Below, one piece after another: positions 18,882 through 29,165 of a stretch of 64,000 nt of DNA. The translations under genes were made by a program, and so were the position numbers. Within the stretch, counting starts at the first letter, position 1. Every line of letters begins with the position of its first letter. The notes under the pieces were generated by a model. That model saw only the letters and a program-made list of their open reading frames with translations. It did no database searches and was not told the DNA's origin. Source of the DNA: a virus; UHGV virus genome UHGV-0385297; one strand, 5' to 3'.

Positions 18882-19679
18882 TTAGTTTTCGGAAACTAAG
18901 ATAGAGAACAGTTTTGCATCATCGTCACAATATGCCTTCTGGAGATTGTAAGAAACTGCATGTTTTCCATCAGAAGTCAGATTTAATTCGACACTAGATG
19001 GGTCAACCTGTGCTCTTGGACAGTAGATAGCTCCTGCGAACATTTTATTGGTCTCGCATGGATCTCTAAAGATTGCATGAATTAACAGGGATTTTACCTT
19101 TGGTACACTATCAGTAGTCTTATCAACCTGAACTGCTGCTTCACTTTCTCTTGTATAATTTACAAATACACGACCAGTTACGTCTTCTGGTAAAGTGATT
19201 TTCTTACTAGCTGCATCGAGAGTAAATTTGCCATCACCAGCAACAGCTGCTACTTCATAGGTTTTTCCGAAAGTATTATCGCCGTTAATTACTTTGACAT
19301 ATTTTACTTCTGCGCCCTTTGTACCAACAGGAACATACTTTAAGGTTACAGTATGGTCAGATCCAATAGCAATTGTCTCAGATACTGGAATCTTAATCTT
19401 ATTATCAGCAGAAGCAACAATCTTTTCTGTACCAAACTGAGATGCTGCCAGGTCAAGAGAGAAGAGTGAGTTACTAAAGCCAAAAGTACCAGTCTGAGCA
19501 TTATAGAAAGTAGTAATCTTTGCTCCCATAGCATCAGTTACATCAGTACCATCTGCACTTGTCTGTAAACTTGGTTCCTCGATCTGAGTATATCTACCCT
19601 GTAATTCGTTTGTTGATGGATCGTACTCTTCAACACTTCTAATTCTTTCAAGAACTAATTCATTAGGATTAAAAGCCAT
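18882..19679 (-). CDS. Major tail (tube) protein
   Basis: 265 aa, beta-rich Ig-like sequence. Its position between the head-tail genes and the tape-measure region is typical of siphovirus major tail proteins. Confidence 0.55.
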   Translation of the reverse strand: MAFNPNELVLERIRSVEEYDPSTNELQGRYTQIEEPSLQTSADGTDVTDAMGAKITTFYNAQTGTFGFSNSLFSLDLAASQFGTEKIVASADNKIKIPVSETIAIGSDHTVTLKYVPVGTKGAEVKYVKVINGDNTFGKTYEVAAVAGDGKFTLDAASKKITLPEDVTGRVFVNYTRESEAAVQVDKTTDSVPKVKSLLIHAIFRDPCETNKMFAGAIYCPRAQVDPSSVELNLTSDGKHAVSYNLQKAYCDDDAKLFSILVSEN

Positions 19680-19721
19680 TATAATTTCCTCCTTTAAATT
19701 TTTGTAATAAAAAAGAGAACC

Positions 19722-20486
19722 CTATTCGAGTTCTCCTAACCAATCTAGTTGCTTATTGCTTATGTCTTTTAGATTCACTCCAAAACCGGAATAACCAGAC
19801 TGCAATAGCAAACTAGCATTTTTGATTTTTCCGATTCTTTTTACAGAATCCATAAATGCATTTATTTTCATATCCCAAATTTGGGAATGATTATATTTGA
19901 ATCCTTCACTATTAATCATAGCTGAGATTAAATTTTTAAGTTGTGAATGATAAGGCTTATTTTTTGCCAATGTCATTTCTTCAATTGCATCCTCAATAAG
20001 AACCATTTTTGTTGATTCGTTAGCAGGATACTTAAAGTCTCTCTCAATAAAATGAGCTTTACTTAAATAATCGCAGATAATGTTATATGTAAATTCATCT
20101 ATTGCAACAAGATCATCATCTACAATTTGATATAAAAATAAATCGTCAGAATCGACTCTTTTTTGAATTTGGAATTTTGTAAAATCCAAATCTCCAAATA
20201 GAAGAGAAGTTGCCTCTACTGGATAAATTTTACATATAAAACCTATAAAAAGTCGAAATGGAGTAATAGTAGTATAATCTATACCAGCTTGCCACAACTG
20301 TGCTTTCATTGATGCAGGAGTTGATAACAAACTATGGACCATAGAATAATATTTTTGTTCACTATAATCACAGATTTCGCCCAATGTAGGTTGATGTATT
20401 TTGATATGCTTTGATACTACAAAATCTTCTCCTCTATAAATTTTAAGTTCATCGTTGTCAAAATACTGTTCTTTTTCTACTGCCAA
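19722..20486 (-). CDS. Head-tail joining / tail completion protein (hypothetical)
   Basis: Gene order only. Confidence 0.3.
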   Translation of the reverse strand: MAVEKEQYFDNDELKIYRGEDFVVSKHIKIHQPTLGEICDYSEQKYYSMVHSLLSTPASMKAQLWQAGIDYTTITPFRLFIGFICKIYPVEATSLLFGDLDFTKFQIQKRVDSDDLFLYQIVDDDLVAIDEFTYNIICDYLSKAHFIERDFKYPANESTKMVLIEDAIEEMTLAKNKPYHSQLKNLISAMINSEGFKYNHSQIWDMKINAFMDSVKRIGKIKNASLLLQSGYSGFGVNLKDISNKQLDWLGELE

Positions 20487-21115
20487 TACTCGTTATTCCT
20501 TATTAAAGGGTTTTCGTTAAATGGAGTATAAGTAATTCCATTTAGATCTAATAATTGGAACACAAGAGTCCTTACCAAATAATGACTATCCGTAGTAGAC
20601 TCTTTTGAGGAGATTAATTTTGCCTGCATTCCGAATATATTTGACCAATTAAAGCGTTCACGAATAATTGATCCAATAAGATCATGACGAGAAATACCAG
20701 TTTTAGAATCAAGTCGATCTGCTTCCTGGCAGAAAATAGTAAAGGTGATTTCTGTATATTTCTGAATATTGTTATAACGTGGTAACTCATCGAACATTAC
20801 CTGATAACAAACATAATTTTTCACCTTCGTCTGCGTATCAGGAATAAAAAGAGCAGGTCGGATATTTGCTGAGTCACCAAAATATTTATCCCATTCCCCT
20901 AATGGTTCATGAGTTTCTGGGTCCCAATTTATATTCCCGTCTTCATCAAAAAGTTCAGACTCTAATTCTTTTTCATCCATTGCGTATAGCAATTCAGGAC
21001 AGTAGAGTAGAGCATTTTTGATTTTATTTTTATATCGAATTGTTTCATCATCAGGAGTTTCACAATAAGCCCGAAGTTTGTTTAAAAGATCATCTTTTGT
21101 TATTAATTCAGCCAT
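20477..21115 (-). CDS. Head-tail joining protein (hypothetical)
   Basis: Gene order only. Confidence 0.3.
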   Translation of the reverse strand: MAELITKDDLLNKLRAYCETPDDETIRYKNKIKNALLYCPELLYAMDEKELESELFDEDGNINWDPETHEPLGEWDKYFGDSANIRPALFIPDTQTKVKNYVCYQVMFDELPRYNNIQKYTEITFTIFCQEADRLDSKTGISRHDLIGSIIRERFNWSNIFGMQAKLISSKESTTDSHYLVRTLVFQLLDLNGITYTPFNENPLIRNNEYWQ

Positions 21116-21126
21116 GTGCCACCTCC

Positions 21127-22383
21127 CTAGACGATTAACTGCAGTTGCAGTAGTTCGGAATCAAAAGATACATCACCTTTGATAACAGTACAATTAAATG
21201 TAATCAGTTTAGTTAGTTGTGATCTATCATCAGGAAACTTCACTTTCATCCGATTATAAGCTGCTGGACGCCAGGTTACTTTATCAGTCCAATCTTCATC
21301 ATCTATGCTGCAAGACCAAGTAAAGGTTGCATCAGAATATTCTTTTGTAATATCATCATCGGAACCTTTAAAGATATTGAGCGTAAGCGTTTTATAACTG
21401 CCACCAACTTTAATGGAATCTGTAGATGCTGAAATTTTAGAATAGATAGATGGTAGGAGAGTGGGAGTAGAAGGATCGGTAGGTGTAACACCATCACTGA
21501 AATAATCAGCCCACATACCTATAATATAACCATCGGAATCCTTTTCGATATAATCATGATTTTGTTCAAAGAAAGTCTGATATAAAGTAAGACGTTGAAT
21601 TCCTAATGGCTGAGAATTCTCAACCTTACTGATTTTCCATGCTATAGGATGGTCTGTAAAAGCACTTACGAGTACACGCATAGTTTTACTCTGATCATCG
21701 GTATACCAAATTTTGTCAGTAATTGAATTTAAAGGTAATAAAACTTTGTCCTGATTTTCTTGCGTTGTAAATCTAAGATCCGTCCATAAACCACTGTTAT
21801 ACGAGTTTTGGCTTTTTAAAACAGCCCACATCCTACGTTTAATACGTTCTTTACCATTGCGTTCTATCCACATAAAATTGTAATTAATTGGAAGAACCAA
21901 ATACTTTGTGAACTGATTTGCTGGTTCACTAAGAATAATCATCCATTTCCTATAAACTCCCTTTTCATCAGGAATATCACAGTACAAACCTGTTGGAAAT
22001 TCAGCACCGTATTTTCTTCGGAAATCCTGTTCGTAGTAATACAATTCGTCTTTTTTTGTAAATTCCACAGGCTGACTTGGTTTAAATTGAATGTAATAAT
22101 CTACCTGATCTTTATCAATAGACTGATAGGATTTAACAATAAATTTCGCATCAATACAAGTTTTAGTGGTGTTTTCATATGTCATATGGTCTTTTTTATC
22201 TGGCTGATCATCATGATAATAATCGTAGATATAACAAACCTTGGATTGAATGTTATGATCCCAATACTGTTCCATATAGAAATCAGAATCTGCTTTTAAT
22301 TTTTCTCCAAATGTAGGATAATTTTTACCTGTCGAATAAGAATCAATTCTCATTCTTCTTTGATAAGAATCATACACTGACAT
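21127..22383 (-). CDS. Structural protein (418 aa), possibly with an Ig-like C-terminus
   Basis: Gene order only. Confidence 0.3.
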   Translation of the reverse strand: MSVYDSYQRRMRIDSYSTGKNYPTFGEKLKADSDFYMEQYWDHNIQSKVCYIYDYYHDDQPDKKDHMTYENTTKTCIDAKFIVKSYQSIDKDQVDYYIQFKPSQPVEFTKKDELYYYEQDFRRKYGAEFPTGLYCDIPDEKGVYRKWMIILSEPANQFTKYLVLPINYNFMWIERNGKERIKRRMWAVLKSQNSYNSGLWTDLRFTTQENQDKVLLPLNSITDKIWYTDDQSKTMRVLVSAFTDHPIAWKISKVENSQPLGIQRLTLYQTFFEQNHDYIEKDSDGYIIGMWADYFSDGVTPTDPSTPTLLPSIYSKISASTDSIKVGGSYKTLTLNIFKGSDDDITKEYSDATFTWSCSIDDEDWTDKVTWRPAAYNRMKVKFPDDRSQLTKLITFNCTVIKGDVSFDSELLQLQLIV

Positions 22384-22742
22384 TAGTGATCACCTGCTTC
22401 CTTCTGCCAAAGCAATGCTCCAGCATCAAAAACAAGTTTCTTATATCGATTAAAATCAAAATGATCTGATTTCAAAATATATAAGGCTGATTCTAGTGAT
22501 GTAATAATTTCTACAAAATCTTTAGGGTAGAGCAGTAATTCGTTATATCTGGAAATTTCAAAAAGAAGATTCTCATGATACTTAACTACATTTACATCTC
22601 CAAAATCATCTTTAGTATTCTGATCAGTATAAAGTACCAACCAGAAAATTTTCTTTCTTAACTTTTTTTGATAGTATTCAACCTGTGAAGGTTTAAATTC
22701 TCCATACTTATGTGGAACCATATTATCCATTTGTTCCACCAT
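22383..22742 (-). CDS. Head-tail connector / head closure protein (hypothetical)
   Basis: Gene order and size. Confidence 0.3.
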   Translation of the reverse strand: MVEQMDNMVPHKYGEFKPSQVEYYQKKLRKKIFWLVLYTDQNTKDDFGDVNVVKYHENLLFEISRYNELLLYPKDFVEIITSLESALYILKSDHFDFNRYKKLVFDAGALLWQKEAGDH

Positions 22743-23184
22743 ACTCTCCGAAGTAATAAGAATGACGAGTTAATTCTAATTCCCATTCTCTTTTTAAATC
22801 ATCGAGCCTTTCCATATTTTTTGAATAGTTATTATTAGCAAGATTTTTTTCTTCTTTTCCACCAACGATCATGATGAAGTTTTTATCTTGTTCAAGTTTT
22901 GTGGGGAAATAACTAATAATAACACCTTTTGCCATAATAGCTTTCACATACTCTATGTCATAATATTCATCTACGCTATTAACCAACTCAAATGATAATT
23001 GCATAATTTCATCATCTAAAACATAGCTGGTAAATTTTTTGCGTAGAAGAGTATAAGAAGAAGCAGTATGTAACCACTGTTTTAAGGCTTCATAAAAATC
23101 ATCTTTTGTATAAGTGGCGAGTTTTAAGTCATCAATCATACTCAGAGATTTTTTATAAATATCTTCATAATTAACAGAAGGCAT
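22723..23184 (-). CDS. Head-tail adaptor (hypothetical)
   Basis: Gene order and size. Confidence 0.3.
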   Translation of the reverse strand: MPSVNYEDIYKKSLSMIDDLKLATYTKDDFYEALKQWLHTASSYTLLRKKFTSYVLDDEIMQLSFELVNSVDEYYDIEYVKAIMAKGVIISYFPTKLEQDKNFIMIVGGKEEKNLANNNYSKNMERLDDLKREWELELTRHSYYFGEYGGTNG

Positions 23185-23201
23185 AAACTATACCTCCTTT
23201 A

Positions 23202-23759
23202 TCAATCTTCAATATTGATCATTTTTGCAAAATCTGTATGACAAACTTCATCAATAATTTTAATCTTTTTAATAGAATCGAAGCTTCCGTCTTCAATACG
23301 TTTAGCAACTTCAACAGTAATTGCTTTCTGTAAACCCTTTGGAAGAGATTCAAGAGTGGATTTAAAATATGTATAAGATTTATTTAAGACCTCATCAATA
23401 TCATCCATCCCATATACTTTATCAGAATAAAAATCTGCAACATCTTTCCAACGTGGATTCTCTAAAAGATCTTCATCTTCAATAACAAATAATGGGTCAT
23501 AAATATAGCTTGAATGTCTATTTTTTAATGCAAATAAATCTCCATATTCAATTTCGGCTTCATCACCATAATTAGCAAATACGTAATACATTCCAGATTT
23601 TCCAGGAACACCTAACCAACCTGGTGTTACAGAACGGCATAAAACTGGTTCCGTCTGTGTAAAGGTTTTTACTTTCTTTTTTTCTTCAACCTTTTCTTCA
23701 ACCGTTGTTTTCTCAATTTCTACTTTAGGTGAAGTATTTGTTTTCTTAGTTACTGGCAT
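23202..23759 (-). CDS. Hypothetical head protein
   Basis: Start set at the internal ATG with an AAAGGAA RBS. Confidence 0.3.
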   Translation of the reverse strand: MPVTKKTNTSPKVEIEKTTVEEKVEEKKKVKTFTQTEPVLCRSVTPGWLGVPGKSGMYYVFANYGDEAEIEYGDLFALKNRHSSYIYDPLFVIEDEDLLENPRWKDVADFYSDKVYGMDDIDEVLNKSYTYFKSTLESLPKGLQKAITVEVAKRIEDGSFDSIKKIKIIDEVCHTDFAKMINIED

Positions 23760-23826
23760 AACAATTCCTTTCTTTCCATATAAATAAAGGTGAGAAGTGC
23801 ATGACCTCTCACCTTTAAAGCTCATA

Positions 23827-24933
23827 TTAATCTACGATCTTCCAAGTTGCGAAGTAACGTCCAATAATAGTACCTACACCAAGCTTGGTCAGATATTTGA
23901 ACTCGTATGTCATATCGTTCTTCTCAGTAGAATCAGTTACTTCCTTAATCTGAGAATCGCCCTCATATACAAGTTTTACGAACTTATTATCTGCAACAGG
24001 CATAATTAACAGAATATTAGGATCTACCATCTTGGTAGTAGTATCATTCTTTGCAAATACCTGTGGAATTTCTACAATACGAGTACCTTCCCAGATACCA
24101 AGGCGACCCAGATTTCTACGATCTTTCTTATCATCTTCACTAATCCAAGATGCATCTGCTAAACCATATAATCTGGATAGAGCAGTCTTTGTACCCATAA
24201 TTACAACTTCTGCGCCACGGTTTGCAGCCTGTACATCTTCTACCATAGTGATAAAAGTAGACTTAGCAGCAGCATTAAGAGCAGCGGTCTTGTAGAACTG
24301 TTCAGAACCTGGAAGAACCTGGGAACCTGCTGAAATTACAGCCTTATAAACCAGTTCGTTTACATAGTTATCCATCGCTTCATAAATCTTATTTACAAGC
24401 TTTGTCCAATCAGCACGGCCAGTCATAACTCTTTCAAATTCTTCGTATACACCTAGACCTACCCAATATGTAGGAATACGGAATGTTTCACCGATACCTA
24501 ATCTCTGGCGATCAATATCCCAATGATTTCCTGAAATTCTACCTACTGTTAAAACAGTCTTATCTTCAGATTCAAATTCATTAGTATCATCCATACCAAG
24601 ATTCTTTACTTCAACAAAATCATGGAAGAACTCATTATCCTGCCATCCAGAAGTCAGCATATCTTCAACGGTATCTTCAATAACTTCAAAGATCTCATTT
24701 TTATTACGTCTGATTGCTCTACGAATTTCTTTTGCAGAAGCCTTTTCGTCAACGCCCATAATCAGTCTAAAGGTGTCTTTAATTTCCTTATCTGCATCTG
24801 CTTTAGAAATTCCACCTTCAAACTCTCCACGAGTATAATCCTTTAATAATTTAGAAAAACCTAAATATCTATTTTCGTCATTCTCAAATGCAGATTTTAC
24901 ATTTGTACTAAAATTTAAGAAATTGTTCTTCAT
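23827..24933 (-). CDS. Putative major capsid protein (368 aa, lambda gpE-like position)
   Basis: Follows the protease-scaffold and a 170-aa decoration-like gene. The size is typical. Confidence 0.45.
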   Translation of the reverse strand: MKNNFLNFSTNVKSAFENDENRYLGFSKLLKDYTRGEFEGGISKADADKEIKDTFRLIMGVDEKASAKEIRRAIRRNKNEIFEVIEDTVEDMLTSGWQDNEFFHDFVEVKNLGMDDTNEFESEDKTVLTVGRISGNHWDIDRQRLGIGETFRIPTYWVGLGVYEEFERVMTGRADWTKLVNKIYEAMDNYVNELVYKAVISAGSQVLPGSEQFYKTAALNAAAKSTFITMVEDVQAANRGAEVVIMGTKTALSRLYGLADASWISEDDKKDRRNLGRLGIWEGTRIVEIPQVFAKNDTTTKMVDPNILLIMPVADNKFVKLVYEGDSQIKEVTDSTEKNDMTYEFKYLTKLGVGTIIGRYFATWKIVD

Positions 24934-24956
24934 TGTTAGTTGTCCTCCTTTGTAAA

Positions 24957-25469
24957 TTAGCCGTTCTTACGAACAAGTACCTTATAGAAAGTACCGCCAG
25001 TACGCTTAATAGCCTCAATAACTTCACCGTAGAAAGCATTAGTAGAAGTTTCTCCTTCAATAACTTTCATTCCATATCCGTCTGCTTCAACAAGCTTTCC
25101 TACAGCAACTGTTCCTGCGAGACCATTTGCTGAGATAGTAAATCTGTCACCTGCAGCTAATTCATAAACTCTCATGATTTCGTCTTTGCCGTTATAGAAG
25201 TTATATTCATATGTAGCTGCTAACGGTCTTTCGTCTGGACCAACAGGAACAGAAAGAATTAAACCAACACGAGAAGTAGCGGTAGGCTCAACCATTGTGT
25301 AATATTCATTTTCCTTGTACTTCATTGCATCAATATTTACTAACTTTCCATTATCAATATCTTCAGATGCTTTTACGTTAAAAATATGTCTTCCGTAATT
25401 AGTAGCAGTAAGGTTAGTAGATTCTGCTACAATATGCTTATCTACTGCTTTTAAATATGCGTTAACCAT
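24957..25469 (-). CDS. Head decoration-like protein
   Basis: 170 aa, immediately upstream of the major capsid protein. Confidence 0.35.
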   Translation of the reverse strand: MVNAYLKAVDKHIVAESTNLTATNYGRHIFNVKASEDIDNGKLVNIDAMKYKENEYYTMVEPTATSRVGLILSVPVGPDERPLAATYEYNFYNGKDEIMRVYELAAGDRFTISANGLAGTVAVGKLVEADGYGMKVIEGETSTNAFYGEVIEAIKRTGGTFYKVLVRKNG

Positions 25470-25543
25470 TAAAATTTCCTCCTTGTTTTATGAGCAATAA
25501 AAAAGACCGATCATTCGGTCTTACATTGCGTATGTATTTTGTT

Positions 25544-27232
25544 TTACTTATTATATTTTTCAAAAATTCCACCATAAGGTGATTTCTTTTTGGTTTCTTC
25601 TTCTGAATTAGAATTAGACATAAAGATCATAGATTTTTTAGACTTTTCTTCGTTAAAAGAAAAATTAGAATGTTCTGCGACATAATCAGAATGTAATACT
25701 TTAATCTTTGTTTCAAAATCAGCAAGAGAGTAATTATCCATATCAGATACTAACTGTGCAAATTCAGTATTCACAAAATTGCCATTATCATCTTTTTCTG
25801 TCAATACAGAATATTTATCAGAATTGATAATAGCTTCTTTCTGGGAATGTAACTCATTCTTTTCTACATTTTCTTTGAATTCCTTAAGTGCTGCATAATT
25901 CTGACGCATTGCTTCAAGTTCAGCCTTTTCACTTGCAGTTAAAAGTTCACGGAATAATTCGATACGTTCTCCTTCAAAAGCAATAGTATTATTTTCGTCA
26001 CTCTTTGTATAACTTTGTTTATAAATTTTTGACTCATCATAAGATTCATAAACAAAGTAAGAATCGTAAACGTCAGAAATCCAATACCATGTATTGTCAG
26101 ATTCTTCAAATGCCTCTAAGAGCTGGTAAAGTCCATAACGAATATCTTCATGACTTAATTCAAAAGAGCGAACCAGATTCTCTTCAAAATTCTGATTTTC
26201 TCCTTCATCACCAACGGAATTATTTTCTGGTGCAGAACCTGTTTCGCCATTATCTTCTCCATCATTGGAAGAAGAGCCATCAGATTCTCCATTGCCGGAA
26301 TCATCACTAAACATTTCTGCAAATTTTGCTTCAAGTTCTTCGTCTGATAATTCAGCGTAATCAAAAGTTACATCTTCAATTGACTTACTATATTTAGCAA
26401 GTAATTCTTCAAATTTTGTCATGCTATCATTTATTCCTCCTTCCTTTGATTGTTCTTTACTGAAACAAGTAGTCTCTAACTTTTCGAGTCTTTCTTGTAA
26501 TTCATTCATTTTTGATTCATAATCTGAAAATAAGCTATTATTATCTGCGCTAAAATCAGAAATATCTAACCTGGCATTTTTCATACCTTCTTCGACATTT
26601 TCGAGAGTATTTGGATTCTTTCCTAATAAAGTAGCACCCATAATATCCACATCAGATAAAATTAAAACTTTAGAAGCCACGTCATATGAGAGTTCGTTCA
26701 CTGCCAATTCTACGCTAATTTTTGTTCCGCCTTTTCTTTGAATAATAGCAGCTGCATCTGTATAATCCGTTGGAATAGCACATTTCCCGTATAAAAAGTT
26801 ATGACCTGTTTCTTCTTCAATTTCAAAATATGGTTCATCCGCAGTAAAACAACCAACCTGCTTTTCAATATAATTAACGCCATCATCAGTTAATTCCATG
26901 TCGTGAGATGTAAAATCCTTCAAAACTTCGCCAGTATTTTCATCAGTGTATTCCATAAAATTTGCTAAAATTGGTTTATAAGCTAGTTGTTTACTTGCTT
27001 TGATCAAAGCTTCATCTGTAACAGAAGATTTATTTCTATTTTCTCCTGAATGCATAAGCTTTACAGTGCAGAATAATAATATGTTATCTTTTTCTGATTC
27101 ATCTACTTCAAACTGAGCAGGAACCTGAACAAAAATTTGCTGTCCTGTTTCTTTTGAGCTAAATGAACATGTTTTATTTTGATTTACATAGAAACTATAC
27201 AAATCATCATATGATAATAATTTTTTCTTCAT
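25544..27232 (-). CDS. Prohead protease (HK97/S78-like) fused to an acidic coiled-coil scaffold domain
   Basis: N-terminal half carries ...HSGENRNKSSVTDEAL...GATLLGKNP..., followed by a Glu/Asp-rich coiled coil. RBS AAGGAAG at the internal start. Confidence 0.5.
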   Translation of the reverse strand: MKKKLLSYDDLYSFYVNQNKTCSFSSKETGQQIFVQVPAQFEVDESEKDNILLFCTVKLMHSGENRNKSSVTDEALIKASKQLAYKPILANFMEYTDENTGEVLKDFTSHDMELTDDGVNYIEKQVGCFTADEPYFEIEEETGHNFLYGKCAIPTDYTDAAAIIQRKGGTKISVELAVNELSYDVASKVLILSDVDIMGATLLGKNPNTLENVEEGMKNARLDISDFSADNNSLFSDYESKMNELQERLEKLETTCFSKEQSKEGGINDSMTKFEELLAKYSKSIEDVTFDYAELSDEELEAKFAEMFSDDSGNGESDGSSSNDGEDNGETGSAPENNSVGDEGENQNFEENLVRSFELSHEDIRYGLYQLLEAFEESDNTWYWISDVYDSYFVYESYDESKIYKQSYTKSDENNTIAFEGERIELFRELLTASEKAELEAMRQNYAALKEFKENVEKNELHSQKEAIINSDKYSVLTEKDDNGNFVNTEFAQLVSDMDNYSLADFETKIKVLHSDYVAEHSNFSFNEEKSKKSMIFMSNSNSEEETKKKSPYGGIFEKYNK

Positions 27233-27480
27233 CGCTCTTCCTTTCTTAAAAAATGACAAAATAAAAGTCACTCAAGATTTGAAGAGTGACTAAATACTTA
27301 GCATATTGCTATATTTAATTTTTGATTTATCAATATCTTTTGAAAAATGTAATTTATCAGTATTCAAAAAAGTATATATACCATTACCTTCATCGATCTT
27401 TTGAAAACCAAGAGATAATAATTTTTCAGCAGTATATGAATCGGATACTTTTAAAAATTTTTCTTTCACAAAATCACCTC

Positions 27481-29151
27481 TTATCCATTGGCTTTTGTGC
27501 CTTCATTTTTATTTCCGTCACGAGTAGCAGCCCCTTCGTCTGATATATCATCACCTTTAGTTGGTGCGCCACCTGTATTTTCTCCATTGTTGGCAGAATC
27601 TGTATATGTTGTTTTAAGTGGAACAAGCAAATCTCTAATACCAGAATTCATACTCATTCTTAAACCACATTCTATTTCATAAGGAGTTTGTCCAAGAGAA
27701 GTGAGATAGAGCATAGGATTATTACCTAATGTTACACTATCCTTTAAAGAATTAATATAATCCTCACGGTTGTACCAAGTTTGTCGATGGAAATTGAATT
27801 GATAGTTCTCATATCCGTTTTGACTAAGCCAGTAATTAAAATTGTGCTCTAATCTGGCAATCCAGGTAAAAGTAAGAGATGCATCATTAGCAATTGCTTG
27901 TTTAAGACCAATTGAATTGGTACTAGACCCACCAGCGACCACTAACTGAGATGCGCCACAGTTATTAAATACATTTTCAATGGATTTCGAAAGCATATCT
28001 GTATCAGAAGTGGTATTGGATTTTTCAAAATCAACAACATCAAGATCCATAGGAGATCTGACTGCTCCAACGTTCTCAGGAAGAATTTCATCAATCATAT
28101 TTTGAAATACTTCTGTCATTTCAAGTGATAATTTAAAATCATCAACCGCTGCTTTGTCTCCATCCATTAATGGAATTTTGCTTACTAATAATTTATAATT
28201 TTCCAATGCTGTTTTATCAGCCATAATATCAGCATAATCTTCACAGTCCATTAAAAGAAGAAAAATTCCAAGAAAAAAAGGAAGGCACAGATCAAATTCA
28301 TCATCAAGTCCTGCTAACAAACATATAGTTCGTTCAGTCGGAATATAAAAATAACGTTTATTTTGTTTATCAGATTGATATTCGTTCCAGGCATCAATGA
28401 ATAATTGATCCCAACATCCGGTAGTATCACCATCAACCCCTTCTACAAATTCCGAATTAGAACCTTGAGAAAAATAACTCATATCAAAAGCAATAACCCA
28501 GTTCCCTGCTACATCTTTTCCTTTGATTTTACAATACTGAGGGTCTAATGAATGAAAGAATAAACCATCATCGTTATCATAAACAAAACCATAATATGCT
28601 CCATTTAAAATTGCTAATGCGATCATTTGAGCAAATTCACTTTTAAAATTAATTTGCTGCATTTTTTGAATGACTGCATTATAATTTTTCATTGATTTTG
28701 AAGCATTATATGTTTTTTTAAGATCGATTTTCTCAGTCAGGTAATAATTATACGTAGGCATACAAGCGTAATATAGAATGATCTTTCTATATAAAGTATT
28801 AGATCTAAATAAATATTGAGACAGACCACGGATACGATCCTTATTAGTCTGTGGATTTTGCATATATTGTTTTACAAGGGATTTTGTATACTGAGTAAAA
28901 GAACGAGAAGTAGATTTAGAAACATTTTGTAAAAGAAGTTGTTTTGCCTCTTCAAAATTTAACATTCTTGGACGAGACGAAAACTGAACTGCCCGTTTTG
29001 GTTTTTCTTTTACCAATAACTCGGATGGTTTAGTTTCAATCTCATATGATTTTTTCTCTGGTAATGTAGTAATGTTTTTTTTAGGTCTTCCACGTTTTCT
29101 CTTAGGCGGAGAAACAGTAGAAGAGTGAGATTCTATTTTATTTTCGTCCAA
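27481..29151 (-). CDS. Portal protein
   Basis: 556 aa, located between the large terminase and the protease. Basic N-terminus and acidic disordered C-terminus. Confidence 0.55.
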   Translation of the reverse strand: MDENKIESHSSTVSPPKRKRGRPKKNITTLPEKKSYEIETKPSELLVKEKPKRAVQFSSRPRMLNFEEAKQLLLQNVSKSTSRSFTQYTKSLVKQYMQNPQTNKDRIRGLSQYLFRSNTLYRKIILYYACMPTYNYYLTEKIDLKKTYNASKSMKNYNAVIQKMQQINFKSEFAQMIALAILNGAYYGFVYDNDDGLFFHSLDPQYCKIKGKDVAGNWVIAFDMSYFSQGSNSEFVEGVDGDTTGCWDQLFIDAWNEYQSDKQNKRYFYIPTERTICLLAGLDDEFDLCLPFFLGIFLLLMDCEDYADIMADKTALENYKLLVSKIPLMDGDKAAVDDFKLSLEMTEVFQNMIDEILPENVGAVRSPMDLDVVDFEKSNTTSDTDMLSKSIENVFNNCGASQLVVAGGSSTNSIGLKQAIANDASLTFTWIARLEHNFNYWLSQNGYENYQFNFHRQTWYNREDYINSLKDSVTLGNNPMLYLTSLGQTPYEIECGLRMSMNSGIRDLLVPLKTTYTDSANNGENTGGAPTKGDDISDEGAATRDGNKNEGTKANG

Positions 29152-29165
29152 TCGGTTTCTCCTTT

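Noticed and set aside
19346-19534. Antisense or overlapping small ORFs inside the major tail, capsid, terminase and TMP genes (for example 19346..19534, 21303..21497, 13049..13285, 24032..24295, 30503..30712)
   Set aside because: They sit inside longer, better-supported genes in other frames, and their translations are Leu-rich with no RBS.
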